Positions 15,001 to 29,400 of a stretch of 64,000 bases of DNA are shown in pieces (positions within the stretch are counted from its first letter, which is position 1; every line of letters starts with the position of its first letter). The stretch lies in assembly GCA_964035575.1 (NCBI GenBank), contig OZ037834.1, forward strand, positions 1,550,001 to 1,614,000, read 5' to 3'. The notes under the pieces are model-generated. The model saw nothing but the letters and a program-made list of their open reading frames with translations. It ran no database searches and was not told the origin of the DNA. This DNA is from Rhynchopus sp. YZ270_cl-10. Its lineage: Eukaryota. A program made the translations under genes and the position numbers.

Positions 15001-18000
15001 CGTTCCAACGCGTCCCTTCTCACGCATCCGTTCTAAAGCATCCGTTCTAACGCATCCGTTCTAACGCATCCGTTCTAACGCATCCGTTCTAACGCATCCG
15101 TTCCAACGCATCCGTTCTATCGCGTACGTTCTAACGCATCCGTTCTAACGCGTACGTTCTAACGCATCCGTTCCAACGCATCCGTTCTATCGCGTATGTT
15201 CTAACGCATCCGTTCTAACGCGTATGTTCTAACGCATCCGTTCTAACGAGTATGTTCTAACGCATCCGTTCTATCGCGTACGTTCTCACGCATCCGTTCT
15301 AACGCATCCGTTCTAACGCGTATGTTCTAACGCATCCGTTCTAACGAGTATGTTCTAACGCATCCGTTCTATCGCGTACGTTCTCACGCATCCGTTCTAA
15401 CGCGTACGTTCTCACGCATCCGTCCCAACGCATCCGTTCTCACGCATCCGTTCTAACGCATCCGTTCTATCGCGTACGTTCTAACGCGTACGTTCTCACG
15501 CATCCGTCCCAACGCATCCGTTCTCACGCATCCGTTCTAACGCATCCGTTCTATCGCGTACGTTCTAACGCATCCGTTCTAACGCGTACGTTCTCACGCA
15601 TCCGTCCCAACGCATCCGTTCTCACGCATCCGTTCTAACGCATCCGTTCTATCGCGTACGTTCTAACGCATCCGTTCTAACGCGTACGTTCTAACGCATC
15701 CGTTCCAACGCATCCGTTCTATCGCGTATGTTCTAACGCATCCGTTCTAACGCGTACGTTCTAACGCATCCGTTCTAACGCGTACGTTCTCACGCATCCG
15801 TTCTAACGCGTATGTTCTAACGCATCCGTTCTAACGCGTACGTTCTAACGCATCCGTTCTCACGCATCCGTTCTAACGCATCCGTTCTAACGCATCCGTT
15901 CTATCGCGTACGTTCTAACGCATCCGTTCTAACGCATCCGTTCTAACGCGTACGTTCTAACGCAGCCGTTCTAACGCATCCGTTCTCACGCATCCGTTCT
16001 AACGCGTATGTTCTAACGCATCCGTTCTAACGCGTACGTTCTCACGCATCCGTCCCAACGCATCCGTTCTCACGCATCCGTTCTAACGCATCCGTTCTAT
16101 CGCGTACGTTCTAACGCATCCGTTCTAACGCGTACGTTCTAACGCATCCGTTCCAACGCATCCGTTCTATCGCGTATGTTCTAACGCATCCGTTCTAACG
16201 CGTACGTTCTAACGCATCCGTTCTAACGCATCCGTTCTATCGCGTACGTTCTAACGCAGCCGTTCTAACGCATCCGTTCTATCGCGTACGTTCTCACGCA
16301 TCCGTTCTAACGCGTACGTTCTAACGCATCCGTTCTAACGCATCCGTTCTATCGCGTACGTTCTCACGCATCCGTTCTAACGCGTACGTTCTAACGCATC
16401 CGTTCTCACGCATCCGTTCTAACGCATCCGTTCTAACGCAGCCGTTCTATCGCGTACGTTCTAACGCATCCGTTCTAACGCATCCGTTCTAACGCGTACG
16501 TTCTAACGCAGCCGTTCTAACGCATCCGTTCTCACGCATCCGTTCTAACGCGTACGTTCTAACGCATCCGTTCTAACGCATCCGTTCTATCGCGTACGTT
16601 CTCACGCATCCGTTCTAACGCGTATGTTCTAACGCGTCCGTTCTAACGCGTACGTTCTAACGCATCCGTTCTAACGCATCCGTTCTATCGCGTACGTTCT
16701 CACGCATCCGTTCTAACGCATCCGTTCCAACGCATCCGTTCTAACGCATCCGTTCTAACGCGTCCGTTCTAACGCATCCGTTCTATCGCGTACGTTCTAA
16801 CGCATCCGTTCTAACGCATCCGTTCTAACGCGTACGTTCTAACGCAGCCGTTCTAACGCATCCGTTCTAAAGCATCCGTTCTAACGCATCCGTTCTATCG
16901 CGTACGTTCTAACGCATCCGTTCCAACGCATCCGTTCTAACGCATCCGTTCTCACGCATCCGTTCTAACGCATCCGTTCTCACGCATCCGTTCTAACGCA
17001 TCCGTTCTCACGCATCCGTTCTCACGCATCCGTTCTCACGCATCCGTTCTAACGCATCCGTTCTAACGCGTACGTTCTAACGCATCCGTTCTCACGCATC
17101 CGTTCTAACGCATCCGTTCTAACGCATCCGTTCTAACGCAGCCGTTCTATCGCGTACGTTCTAACGCATCCGTTCTAACGCATCCGTTCTAACGCGTACG
17201 TTCTAACGCAGCCGTTCTAACGCATCCGTTCTAAAGCATCCGTTCTAACGCATCCGTTCTATCGCGTACGTTCTAACGCATCCGTTCTAACGCGTACGTT
17301 CTCAAGCATCCGTTCTAACGCATCCGTTCTAACGCATCCGTTCCAACGCGTCCCTTCTCACGCATCCGTTCTCACGCATCCGTTCTAACGCATCCGTTCT
17401 AACGCATCCGTTCTAACGCATCCGTTCTAACGCATCCGTTCCAACGCGTCCCTTCTCACGCATCCGTTCTAACGCATCCGTTCTAACGCGTACGTTCTCA
17501 CGCATCCGTTCCAACGCATCCGTTCTAACGCGTCCGTTCTAACGCATCCGTTCTAACGCATACGTTCTAACGCATCCGTTCTCACGCATCCGTTCTAACG
17601 CGTACGTTCTCACGCATCCGTTCTAACGCATCCGTTCTAACGCGTACGTTCTAACGCATCCGTTCTAACGCATCCGTTCTAACGCGTACGTTCTCACGCA
17701 TCCGTTCTAACGCATCCGTTCTAACGCATCCGTTCCAACGCGTCCCTTCTCACGCATCCGTTCTCACGCATCCGTTCCAACGCGTCCCTTCTCACGCATC
17801 CGTTCTAACGCATCCGTTCTAACGCGTACGTTCTCACGCATCCGTTCCAACGCATCCGTTCTAACGCGTCCGTTCTAACGCATCCGTTCTAACGCATCCG
17901 TTCTAACGCATCCGTTCTAACGCGTCCGTTCTAACGCATCCGTTCTAACGCATCCGTTCTAACGCATCCGTTCTCACGCGTACGTTCTAACGCATCCGTT

Positions 18001-20440
18001 CTCACGCATCCGTTCTAACGCGTACGTTCTCACGCATCCGTTCTAACGCATCCGTTGTAACGCATCCGTTCCAACGCGTCCGTTCTAACGCATCCGTTCT
18101 AACGCGTACGTTCTAACGCATCCGTTCTAACGCATCCGTTCTAACGCATCCGTTCTAACGCATCCGTTCTTACGCATCCGTTCTAACGCATCCGTTCTAA
18201 CGCGTACGTTCTAACGCATCCGTTCTAACGCATCCGTTCTCACGCATCCGTTCCAACGCGTACGTTCTCACGCATCCGTTCTAACGCATCCGTTCCAACG
18301 TGTCCCTTCTCACGCATCCGTTCTAAAGCATCCGTTCTAACGCATCCGTTCTAACGCATCCGTTCTAACGCATCCGTTCTAACGCATCCGTTCTCACGCA
18401 TCCGTTCTAACGCGTACGTTCTAACGCATCCGTTCTTACGCATCCGTTCTAACGCATCCGTTCTAAAGCATCCGTTCTCACGCATCCGTTCTAACGCATC
18501 CGTTCTAACGCGTACGTTCTCACGCATCCGTTCCAACGCATCCGTTCTAACGCATCCGTTCTAACGCATACGTTCTCACGCATCCGTCCCAACGCATCCG
18601 TTCTCACGCATCCGTTCTAACGCATCCGTTCTATCGCGTACGTTCTCACGCGTACGTTCTCACGCATCCGTCCCAACGCATCCGTTCTCACGCATCCGTT
18701 CTAACGCATCCGTTCTATCGCGTACGTTCTCACGCGTACGTTCTCACGCATCCGTTCTAACGCATCCGTTCTAACGCATCCGTTCTAACGCATCCGTTCT
18801 AACGCATCCGTTCTAACGCATCCGTTCCAACGCGTCCCTTCTCACGCATCCGTTCTAACGCATCCGTTCTAACGCGTCCGTTCTAACGCATCCGTTCTAA
18901 CGCATCCGTTCTAACGCATCCGTTCTAACGCGTACGTTCTCACGCATCCGTTCCAACGCATCCGTTCTAACGCGTCCGTTCTAACGCATCCGTTCTAACG
19001 CATCCGTTCTAACGCATCCGTTCTAACGCGTCCGTTCTAACGCATCCGTTCTAACGCATCCGTTCTAACGCATCCGTTCTCACGCGTACGTTCTAACGCA
19101 TCCGTTCTCACGCATCCGTTCTAACGCGTACGTTCTCACGCATCCGTTCTAACGCATCCGTTGTAACGCATCCGTTCCAACGCGTCCGTTCTAACGCATC
19201 CGTTCTAACGCGTACGTTCTAACGCATCCGTTCTAACGCATCTGTTCTAACGCATCCGTTCTAACGCGTACGTTCTCACGCATCCGTTCTAACGCATCCG
19301 TTCTTACGCATCCGTTCTAACGCATCCGTTCTAAAGCATCCGTTCTCACGCATCCGTTCTAACGCATCCGTTCTAACGCGTACGTTCTCACGCATCCGTT
19401 CCAACGCATCCGTTCTAACGCGTCCGTTCTAACGCATCCGTTCTAACGCATCCGTTCTAACGCGTATGTTCTAACGCATCCGTTCTAACGCGTACGTTCC
19501 AACGCATCCGTTCTAACGCATCCGTTCTAACGCATCCGTTCTAACGCAGCCGTTCTAACGCGTACGTTCTAACGCATCCGTTCCAACGCATCCGTTCTAT
19601 CGCGTACGTTCTATCGCGTACGTTCTAACGCATCCGTTCTAACGCATCCGTTCTAAAGCATCCGTTCTAACGCATCCGTTCTAACGCATCCGTTCCAACG
19701 CATCCGTTCTAACGCATCCGTTCTAACGCATCCGTTCTAACGCGTCCGTTGTAACGCATCCGTTCTAACGCATCCGTTCTAACGCATCCGTTCCAACGCA
19801 TCCGTTCTCACGCATCCGTTCTAACGCGTACGTTCTAACGCATCCGTTCTCACGCATCCGTTCTAACGCAGCCGTTCTAACGCGTACGTTCTAACGCATC
19901 CGTTCTCACGCATCCGTTCTAACGCAGCCGTTCTAACGCGTACGTTCTAACGCATCCGTTCTAACGCATCCGTTCTAACGCAGCCGTTCCAACGCATCCG
20001 TTCTAACGCGTCCGTTGTAACGCATCCGTTCTAACGCATCCGTTCTAACGCGTACGTTCTAACGCATCCGTTCCAACGCGTCCCTTCTCACGCATCCGTT
20101 CTAAAGCATCCGTTCTAACGCATCCGTTCTAACGCATCCGTTCTAACGCATCCGTTCTAACGCGTCCGTTGTAACGCATCCGTTCTAACGCATCCGTTCT
20201 AACGCGTACGTTCTAACGCATCCGTTCTCACGCATCCGTTCTAACGCATCCGTTCTAACGCAGCCGTTCTAACGCGTACGTTCTCACGCATCCGTTCTAA
20301 CGCATCCGTTGTAACGCATCCGTTCTAACGCATCCGTTCTCACGCATCCGTTCTAACGCAGCCGTTCTAACGCGTACGTTCTAACGCATCCGTTCTAACG
20401 CATCCGTTCTAACGCAGCCGTTCTAACGCGTACGTTCTCA
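1..20440. repeat. Higher-order repeat copy A (1,460 monomers; start arbitrary)
   Basis: Rare variants TCCGTTCAAA (761) and CGTTCCAACT (861) recur at 21201 and 21301, an offset of 20,440, with matching flanking variant order. Confidence 0.9.
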
Positions 20441-23400
20441 CGCATCCGTTCTAACGCATCCGTTGTAACGCATCCGTTCTAACGCATCCGTTCTCACGCA
20501 TCCGTTCTAACGCAGCCGTTCTAACGCGTACGTTCTAACGCATCCGTTCTCACGCATCCGTTCTAACGCAGCCGTTCTAACGCGTACGTTCTAACGCATC
20601 CGTTCTAACGCATCCGTTCTAACGCAGCCGTTCCAACGCATCCGTTCTAACGCGTCCGTTGTAACGCATCCGTTCTAACGCATCCGTTCTAACGCGTACG
20701 TTCTAACGCATCCGTTCCAACGCGTCCCTTCTCACGCATCCGTTCTAAAGCATCCGTTCTAACGCATCCGTTCTAACGCATCCGTTCTAACGCATCCGTT
20801 CTAACGCGTCCGTTGTAACGCATCCGTTCTAACGCATCCGTTCTAACGCGTACGTTCTAACGCATCCGTTCTCACGCATCCGTTCTAACGCATCCGTTCT
20901 AACGCATCCGTTCTAACGCGTACGTTCTAACGCATCCGTTCTAACGCATCCGTTCTAACGCAGCCGTTCTAACGCGTACGTTCTCACGCATCCGTTCTAA
21001 CGCATCCGTTGTAACGCATCCGTTCTAACGCATCCGTTCTAACGCATCCGTTCTAACGCATCCGTTCTAACGCATCCGTTCCAACGCGTCCCTTCTCACG
21101 CATCCGTTCTCACGCATCCGTTCTAACGCATCCGTTCTAACGCATCCGTTCTAACGCATCCGTTCTAACGCATCCGTTCTAACGCGTCCCTTCTCACGCA
21201 TCCGTTCAAACGCATCCGTTCTAACGCATCCGTTCTAACGCATCCGTTCTAACGCATCCGTTCTAACGCATCCGTTCTAACGCATCCGTTCTAACGCATC
21301 CGTTCCAACTCGTCCCTTCTCACGCATCCGTTCTCACGCATCCGTTCTAACGCATCCGTTCTAACGCATCCGTTCTAACGCGTCCCTTCTCACGCATCCG
21401 TTCTCACGCATCCGTTCTAACGCATCCGTTCTAACGCATCCGTTCTAACGCATCCGTTCCAACGCGTCCCTTCTCACGCATCCGTTCTAACGCATCCGTT
21501 CTAACGCGTACGTTCTCACGCATCCGTTCCAACGCATCCGTTCTAACGCGTCCGTTCTAACGCATACGTTCTAACGCATCCGTTCTCACGCATCCGTTCT
21601 AACGCATCCGTTCTAACGCGTACGTTCTCACGCATCCGTTCCAACGCATCCGTTCTAACGCATACGTTCTAACGCATCCGTTCTCACGCATCCGTTCTAA
21701 CGCGTACGTTCTCACGCATCCGTTCTAACGCATCCGTTCTAACGCATCCGTTCTAACGCATCCGTTCTAACGCATCCGTTCTATCGCGTACGTTCTAACG
21801 CATCCGTTCTAACGCATCCGTTCTAACGCGTACGTTCTCACGCATCCGTTCTAACGCATCCGTTCTAACGCATACGTTCCAACGCGTCCCTTCTCACGCA
21901 TCCGTTCTCACGCATCCGTTCTAACGCATCCGTTCTAACGCATCCGTTCTAACGCATCCGTTCCAACGCGTCCCTTCTCACGCATCCGTTCTAACGCATC
22001 CGTTCTAACGCGTACGTTCTCACGCATCCGTTCCAACGCATCCGTTCTAACGCGTCCGTTCTAACGCATCCGTTCTAACGCATCCGTTCTAACGCATCCG
22101 TTCTCACGCATCAGTTCTCACGCGTACGTTCTAACGCATCCGTTCTCACGCATCCGTTCTAACGCGTACGTTCTCACGCATCCGTTCTAACGCATCCGTT
22201 GTAACGCATCCGTTCCAACGCGTCCGTTCTAACGCATCCGTTCTAACGCGTACGTTCTAACGCATCCGTTCTAACGCATCTGTTCTAACGCATCCGTTCT
22301 AACGCATCCGTTCTAACGCGTCCGTTGTAACGCATCCGTTCTAACGCATCCGTTCTAACGCATCCGTTCTAACGCATCCGTTCTAAAGCATCCGTTCTCA
22401 CGCATCCGTTCCAACGCGTACGTTCTCACGCATCCGTTCTAACGCATCCGTTCCAACGCGTCCCTTCTCACGCATCCGTTCTAAAGCATCCGTTCTAACG
22501 CATCCGTTCTAACGCATCCGTTCTAACGCATCCGTTCTATCGCGTACGTTCTAACGAGTACGTTCTCACGCATCCGTTCTAACGCATCCGTTCTAACGCA
22601 TCCGTTCCAACGCATCCGTTCTAACGCATCCGTTCTAACGCATCCGTTCTAACGCGTATGTTCTCACGCATCCGTTCTAACGCATCCGTTCCAACGCATC
22701 CGTTCTAACGCATCCGTTCTAACGCATCCGTTCTAACGCATCCGTTCTAACGCATCCGTTCCAACGCATCCGTTCTAACGCATCCGTTCTAACGCATCCG
22801 TTCTAACGCATCCGTTCTAACGCATCCGTTCTAACGCATCCGTTCTCACGCATCCGTTCTAACGCATCCGTTCCAACGCATCCGTTCTAACGCATCCGTT
22901 CTAACGCATCCGTTCTAACGCATACGTTCTAACGCATCCGTTCCAACGCATCCGTTCCAACGCATCCGTTCTAACGCATCCGTTCTAACGCATCCGTTCT
23001 CACGCATCCGTTCCAACGCGTCCCTTCTCACGCATCCGTTCTAAAGCATCCGTTCTAACGCATCCGTTCTAACGCATCCGTTCTAACGCATCCGTTCCAA
23101 CGCATCCGTTCTAACGCATCCGTTCTAACGCATCCGTTCTAACGCGTCCGTTGTAACGCATCCGTTCTAACGCATCCGTTCTAACGCATCCGTTCCAACG
23201 CATCCGTTCTCACGCATCCGTTCTAACGCGTACGTTCTAACGCATCCGTTCTCACGCATCCGTTCTAACGCAGCCGTTCTAACGCGTACGTTCTAACGCA
23301 TCCGTTCTCACGCATCCGTTCTAACGCAGCCGTTCTAACGCGTACGTTCTAACGCATCCGTTCTAACGCATCCGTTCTAACGCAGCCGTTCCAACGCATC

Positions 23401-26400
23401 CGTTCTAACGCATCCGTTCTAACGCGTCCGTTGTAACGCATCCGTTCTAACGCATCCGTTCTAACGCGTACGTTCTAACGCATCCGTTCCAACGCGTCCC
23501 TTCTCACGCATCCGTTCTAAAGCATCCGTTCTAACGCATCCGTTCTAACGCATCCGTTCTAACGCATCCGTTCTAACGCGTCCGTTGTAACGCATCCGTT
23601 CTAACGCATCCGTTCTAACGCGTACGTTCTAACGCATCCGTTCTCACGCATCCGTTCTAACGCATCCGTTCTAACGCATCCGTTCTAACGCGTACGTTCT
23701 AACGCATCCGTTCTAACGCATCCGTTCTAACGCAGCCGTTCTAACGCGTACGTTCTCACGCATCCGTTCTAACGCATCCGTTGTAACGCATCCGTTCTAA
23801 CGCATCCGTTCTAACGCATCCGTTCCAACGCGTCCCTTCTCACGCATCCGTTCTCACGCATCCGTTCTAACGCATCCGTTCTAACGCATCCGTTCTAACG
23901 CATCCGTTCTAACGCATCCGTTCTAACGCGTCCCTTCTCACGCATCCGTTCTAACGCATCCGTTCTAACGCGTACGTTCTCACGCATCCGTTCTAACGCA
24001 TCCGTTCTAACGCGTCCCTTCTCACGCATCCGTTCTCACGCATCCGTTCTAACGCATCCGTTCTAACGCATCCGTTCTAACGCATCCGTTCTAACGCATC
24101 CGTTCTAACGCATCCGTTCCAACGCGTCCCTTCTCACGCATCCGTTCTCACGCATCCGTTCTAACGCATCCGTTCTAACGCATCCGTTCTAACGCGTCCC
24201 TTCTCACGCATCCGTTCTCACGCATCCGTTCTAACGCATCCGTTCTAACGCATCCGTTCTAACGCATCCGTTCTAACGCATCCGTTCCAACGCGTCCCTT
24301 CTCACGCATCCGTTCTAACGCATCCGTTCTAACGCGTACGTTCTCACGCATCCGTTCCAACGCATCCGTTCTAACGCGTCCGTTCTAACGCATACGTTCT
24401 AACGCATCCGTTCTCACGCATCCGTTCTAACGCATCCGTTCTAACGCGTACGTTCTCACGCATCCGTTCCAACGCATCCGTTCTAACGCATCCGTTCTAA
24501 CGCATACGTTCTCACGCATCCGTCCCAACGCATCCGTTCTCACGCATCCGTTCTAACGCATCCGTTCTATCGCGTACGTTCTCACGCGTACGTTCTCACG
24601 CATCCGTCCCAACGCATCCGTTCTCACGCATCCGTTCTAACGCATCCGTTCTATCGCGTACGTTCTCACGCGTACGTTCTCACGCATCCGTTCTAACGCA
24701 TCCGTTCTAACGCATCCGTTCTAACGCATCCGTTCTAACGCATCCGTTCTAACGCATCCGTTCCAACGCGTCCCTTCTCACGCATCCGTTCTAACGCATC
24801 CGTTCTAACGCGTCCGTTCTAACGCATCCGTTCTAACGCATCCGTTCTAACGCATCCGTTCTAACGCGTCCGTTCTAACGCATCCGTTCTAACGCATCCG
24901 TTCTAACGCATCAGTTCTCACGCATCCGTTCTAACGCATCCGTTCTCACGCATCCGTTCTAACGCATCCGTTGTAACGCATCCGTTCCAACGCGTCCGTT
25001 CTAACGCATCCGTTCTAACGCGTACGTTCTAACGCATCCGTTCTAACGCATCTGTTCTAACGCGTACGTTCTAACGCATCCGTTCTAACGCATCCGTTCT
25101 AACGCGTACGTTCTAACGCATCCGTTCTAACGAGTACGTTCTCACGCATCCGTTCTAACGCATCCGTTCTTACGCATCCGTTCTAACGCATCCGTTCTAA
25201 AGCATCCGTTCTCACGCATCCGTTCCAACGCGTACGTTCTCACGCATCCGTTCTAACGCATCCGTTCCAACGCGTCCCTTCTCACGCATCCGTTCTAAAG
25301 CATCCGTTCTAACGCATCCGTTCTAACGCATCCGTTCTAACGCATCCGTTCTAACGCATCCGTTCTCACGCATCCGTTCTAACGCATCCGTTCTAACGCA
25401 TCCGTTCTAACGCATCCGTTCTAACGCATCCGTTCTAACGCATCCGTTCTAACGCATCCGTTCCAACGCGTCCCTTCTCACGCATCCGTTCTAACGCATC
25501 CGTTCTAACGCGTACGTTCTCACGCATCCGTTCCAACGCATCCGTTCTAACGCGTCCGTTCTAACGCATCCGTTCTAACGCATCCGTTCTAACGCATCCG
25601 TTCTAACGCGTCCGTTCTAACGCATCCGTTCTAACGCATCCGTTCTAACGCATACGTTCTCACGCGTACGTTCTAACGCATCCGTTCTCACGCATCCGTT
25701 CTAACGCGTACGTTCTCACGCATCCGTTCTAACGCATCCGTTGTAACGCATCCGTTCCAACGCGTCCGTTCTAACGCATCCGTTCTAACGCGTACGTTCT
25801 AACGCATCCGTTCTAACGCATCTGTTCTAACGCATCCGTTCTAACGCGTACGTTCTCACGCATCCGTTCTAACGCATCCGTTCTTACGCATCCGTTCTAA
25901 CGCATCCGTTCTAAAGCATCCGTTCTCACGCATCCGTTCCAACGCGTACGTTCTCACGCATCCGTTCTAACGCATCCGTTCTAACGCGTACGTTCTCACG
26001 CATCCGTTCCAACGCATCCGTTCTAACGCGTCCGTTCTAACGCATCCGTTCTAACGCATCCGTTCTAACGCGTATGTTCTAACGCATCCGTTCTAACGCG
26101 TACGTTCCAACGCATCCGTTCTAACGCATCCGTTCTAACGCATCCGTTCTAACGCATCCGTTCTAACGCGTCCGTTGTAACGCATCCGTTCTAACGCATC
26201 CGTTCTAACGCATCCGTTCCAACGCATCCGTTCTCACGCATCCGTTCTAACGCGTACGTTCTAACGCATCCGTTCCAACGCATCCGTTCTATCGCGTACG
26301 TTCTATCGCGTACGTTCTAACGCATCCGTTCTAACGCATCCGTTCTAAAGCATCCGTTCTAACGCATCCGTTCTAACGCATCCGTTCCAACGCATCCGTT

Positions 26401-29400
26401 CTAACGCATCCGTTCTAACGCATCCGTTCTAACGCGTCCGTTGTAACGCATCCGTTCTAACGCATCCGTTCTAACGCATCCGTTCCAACGCATCCGTTCT
26501 CACGCATCCGTTCTAACGCGTACGTTCTAACGCATCCGTTCTCACGCATCCGTTCTAACGCAGCCGTTCTAACGCGTACGTTCTAACGCATCCGTTCTCA
26601 CGCATCCGTTCTAACGCAGCCGTTCTAACGCGTACGTTCTAACGCATCCGTTCTAACGCATCCGTTCTAACGCAGCCGTTCCAACGCATCCGTTCTAACG
26701 CATCCGTTCTAACGCGTCCGTTGTAACGCATCAGTTCCAACGCATCCGTTCTATCGCGTACGTTCTATCGCGTACGTTCTAACGCATCCGTTCTAACGCA
26801 TCCGTTCTAAAGCATCCGTTCTAACGCATCCGTTCTAACGCATCCGTTCCAACGCGTCCCTTCTCACGCATCCGTTCTAAAGCATACGTTCTAACGCATC
26901 CGTTCCAACGCATCCGTTCCAACGCATCCGTTCTCACGCATCCGTTCTCACGCATCCGTTCTAACGCATCCGTTCTCACGCATCCGTTCTAACGCATCCG
27001 TTCTAACGCATCCGTTCTAACGCATCCGTTCTATCGCGTACGTTCTAACGCGTCCGTTCTAACGCATCCGTTCTATCGCGTACGTTCTAACGCATCCGTT
27101 CTAACGCATCCGTTCTAACGCGTACGTTCTAACGCAGCCGTTCTAACGCATCCGTTCTAAAGCATCCGTTCTAACGCATCCGTTCTATCGCGTACGTTCT
27201 AACGCATCCGTTCTAACGCGTACGTTCTCAAGCATCCGTTCTAACGCATCCGTTCTAACGCATCCGTTCCAACGCGTCCCTTCTCACGCATCCGTTCTCA
27301 CGCATCCGTTCTAACGCATCCGTTCTAACGCATCCGTTCTAACGCATCCGTTCTAACGCATCCGTTCCAACGCGTCCCTTCTCACGCATCCGTTCTAACG
27401 CATCCGTTCTAACGCGTACGTTCTCACGCATCCGTTCCAACGCATCCGTTCTAACGCGTCCGTTCTAATGCATCCGTTCTAACGCATACGTTCTAACGCA
27501 TCCGTTCTCACGCATCCGTTCTAACGCGTACGTTCTCACGCATCCGTTCTAACGCATCCGTTGTAACGCATCCGTTCCAACGCGTCCGTTCTAACGCATC
27601 CGTTCTAACGCGTACGTTCTAACGCATCCGTTCTAACGCATCCGTTCTAACGCGTACGTTCTCACGCATCCGTTCTAACGCATCCGTTCTAACGCATCCG
27701 TTCCAACGCGTCCCTTCTCACGCATCCGTTCTCACGCATCCGTTCTAACGCATCCGTTCTAACGCATCCGTTCTAACGCATCCGTTCCAACGCGTCCCTT
27801 CTCACGCATCCGTTCTAACGCATCCGTTCTAACGCGTACGTTCTCACGCATCCGTTCCAACGCATCCGTTCTAACGCGTCCGTTCTAACGCATCCGTTCT
27901 AACGCATCCGTTCTAACGCATCCGTTCTAACGCGTCCGTTCTAACGCATCCGTTCTAACGCATCCGTTCTAACGCATCAGTTCTCACGCATCCGTTCTAA
28001 CGCATCCGTTCTCACGCATCCGTTCTAACGCATCCGTTCTAACGCGTCCGTTCTAACGCATCCGTTCTAACGCATCCGTTCTAACGCATCCGTTCCAACG
28101 CGTCCGTTCTAACGCATCCGTTCTAACGCGTACGTTCTAACGCATCCGTTCTAACGCATCTGTTCTAACGCGTACGTTCTAACGCATCCGTTCTAACGCA
28201 TCCGTTCTAACGCGTACGTTCTAACGCATCCGTTCTAACGAGTACGTTCTCACGCATCCGTTCTAACGCATCCGTTCTTACGCATCCGTTCTAACGCATC
28301 CGTTCTAAAGCATCCGTTCTCACGCATCCGTTCCAACGCGTACGTTCTCACGCATCCGTTCTAACGCATCCGTTCCAACGCGTCCCTTCTCACGCATCCG
28401 TTCTAAAGCATCCGTTCTAACGCATCCGTTCTAACGCATCCGTTCTAACGCATCCGTTCTAACGCATCCGTTCTCACGCATCCGTTCTAACGCGTACGTT
28501 CTAACGCATCCGTTCTCACGCATCCGTTCTAACGCATCCGTTCTAACGCATCCGTTCTAACGCATCCGTTCTAACGCATCCGTTCTAACGCATCCGTTCT
28601 AACGCATCCGTTCCAACGCGTCCCTTCTCACGCATCCGTTCTAACGCATCCGTTCTAACGCGTACGTTCTCACGCATCCGTTCCAACGCATCCGTTCTAA
28701 CGCGTCCGTTCTAACGCATCCGTTCTAACGCATCCGTTCTAACGCATCCGTTCTAACGCGTCCGTTCTAACGCATCCGTTCTAACGCATCCGTTCTAACG
28801 CATCCGTTCTCACGCGTACGTTCTAACGCATCCGTTCTCACGCATCCGTTCTAACGCGTACGTTCTCACGCATCCGTTCTAACGCATCCGTTGTAACGCA
28901 TCCGTTCCAACGCGTCCGTTCTAACGCATCCGTTCTAACGCGTACGTTCTAACGCATCCGTTCTAACGCATCTGTTCTAACGCATCCGTTCTAACGCGTA
29001 CGTTCTCACGCATCCGTTCTAACGCATCCGTTCTTACGCATCCGTTCTAACGCATCCGTTCTAAAGCATCCGTTCTCACGCATCCGTTCCAACGCGTACG
29101 TTCTCACGCATCCGTTCTAACGCATCCGTTCTAACGCGTACGTTCTCACGCATCCGTTCCAACGCATCCGTTCTAACGCGTCCGTTCTAACGCATCCGTT
29201 CTAACGCATCCGTTCTAACGCGTATGTTCTAACGCATCCGTTCTAACGCGTACGTTCCAACGCATCCGTTCTAACGCATCCGTTCTAACGCATCCGTTCT
29301 AACGCAGCCGTTCTAACGCGTACGTTCTAACGCATCCGTTCCAACGCATCCGTTCTATCGCGTACGTTCTATCGCGTACGTTCTAACGCATCCGTTCTAA

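Noticed and set aside
18351..18536. 61-aa minus-strand ORF in the satellite (identical copy at 41871-42056)
   Set aside because: It is a chance run in which variants remove the TAG that occurs every 42 nt. Its duplication only reflects the 23,520-bp HOR.
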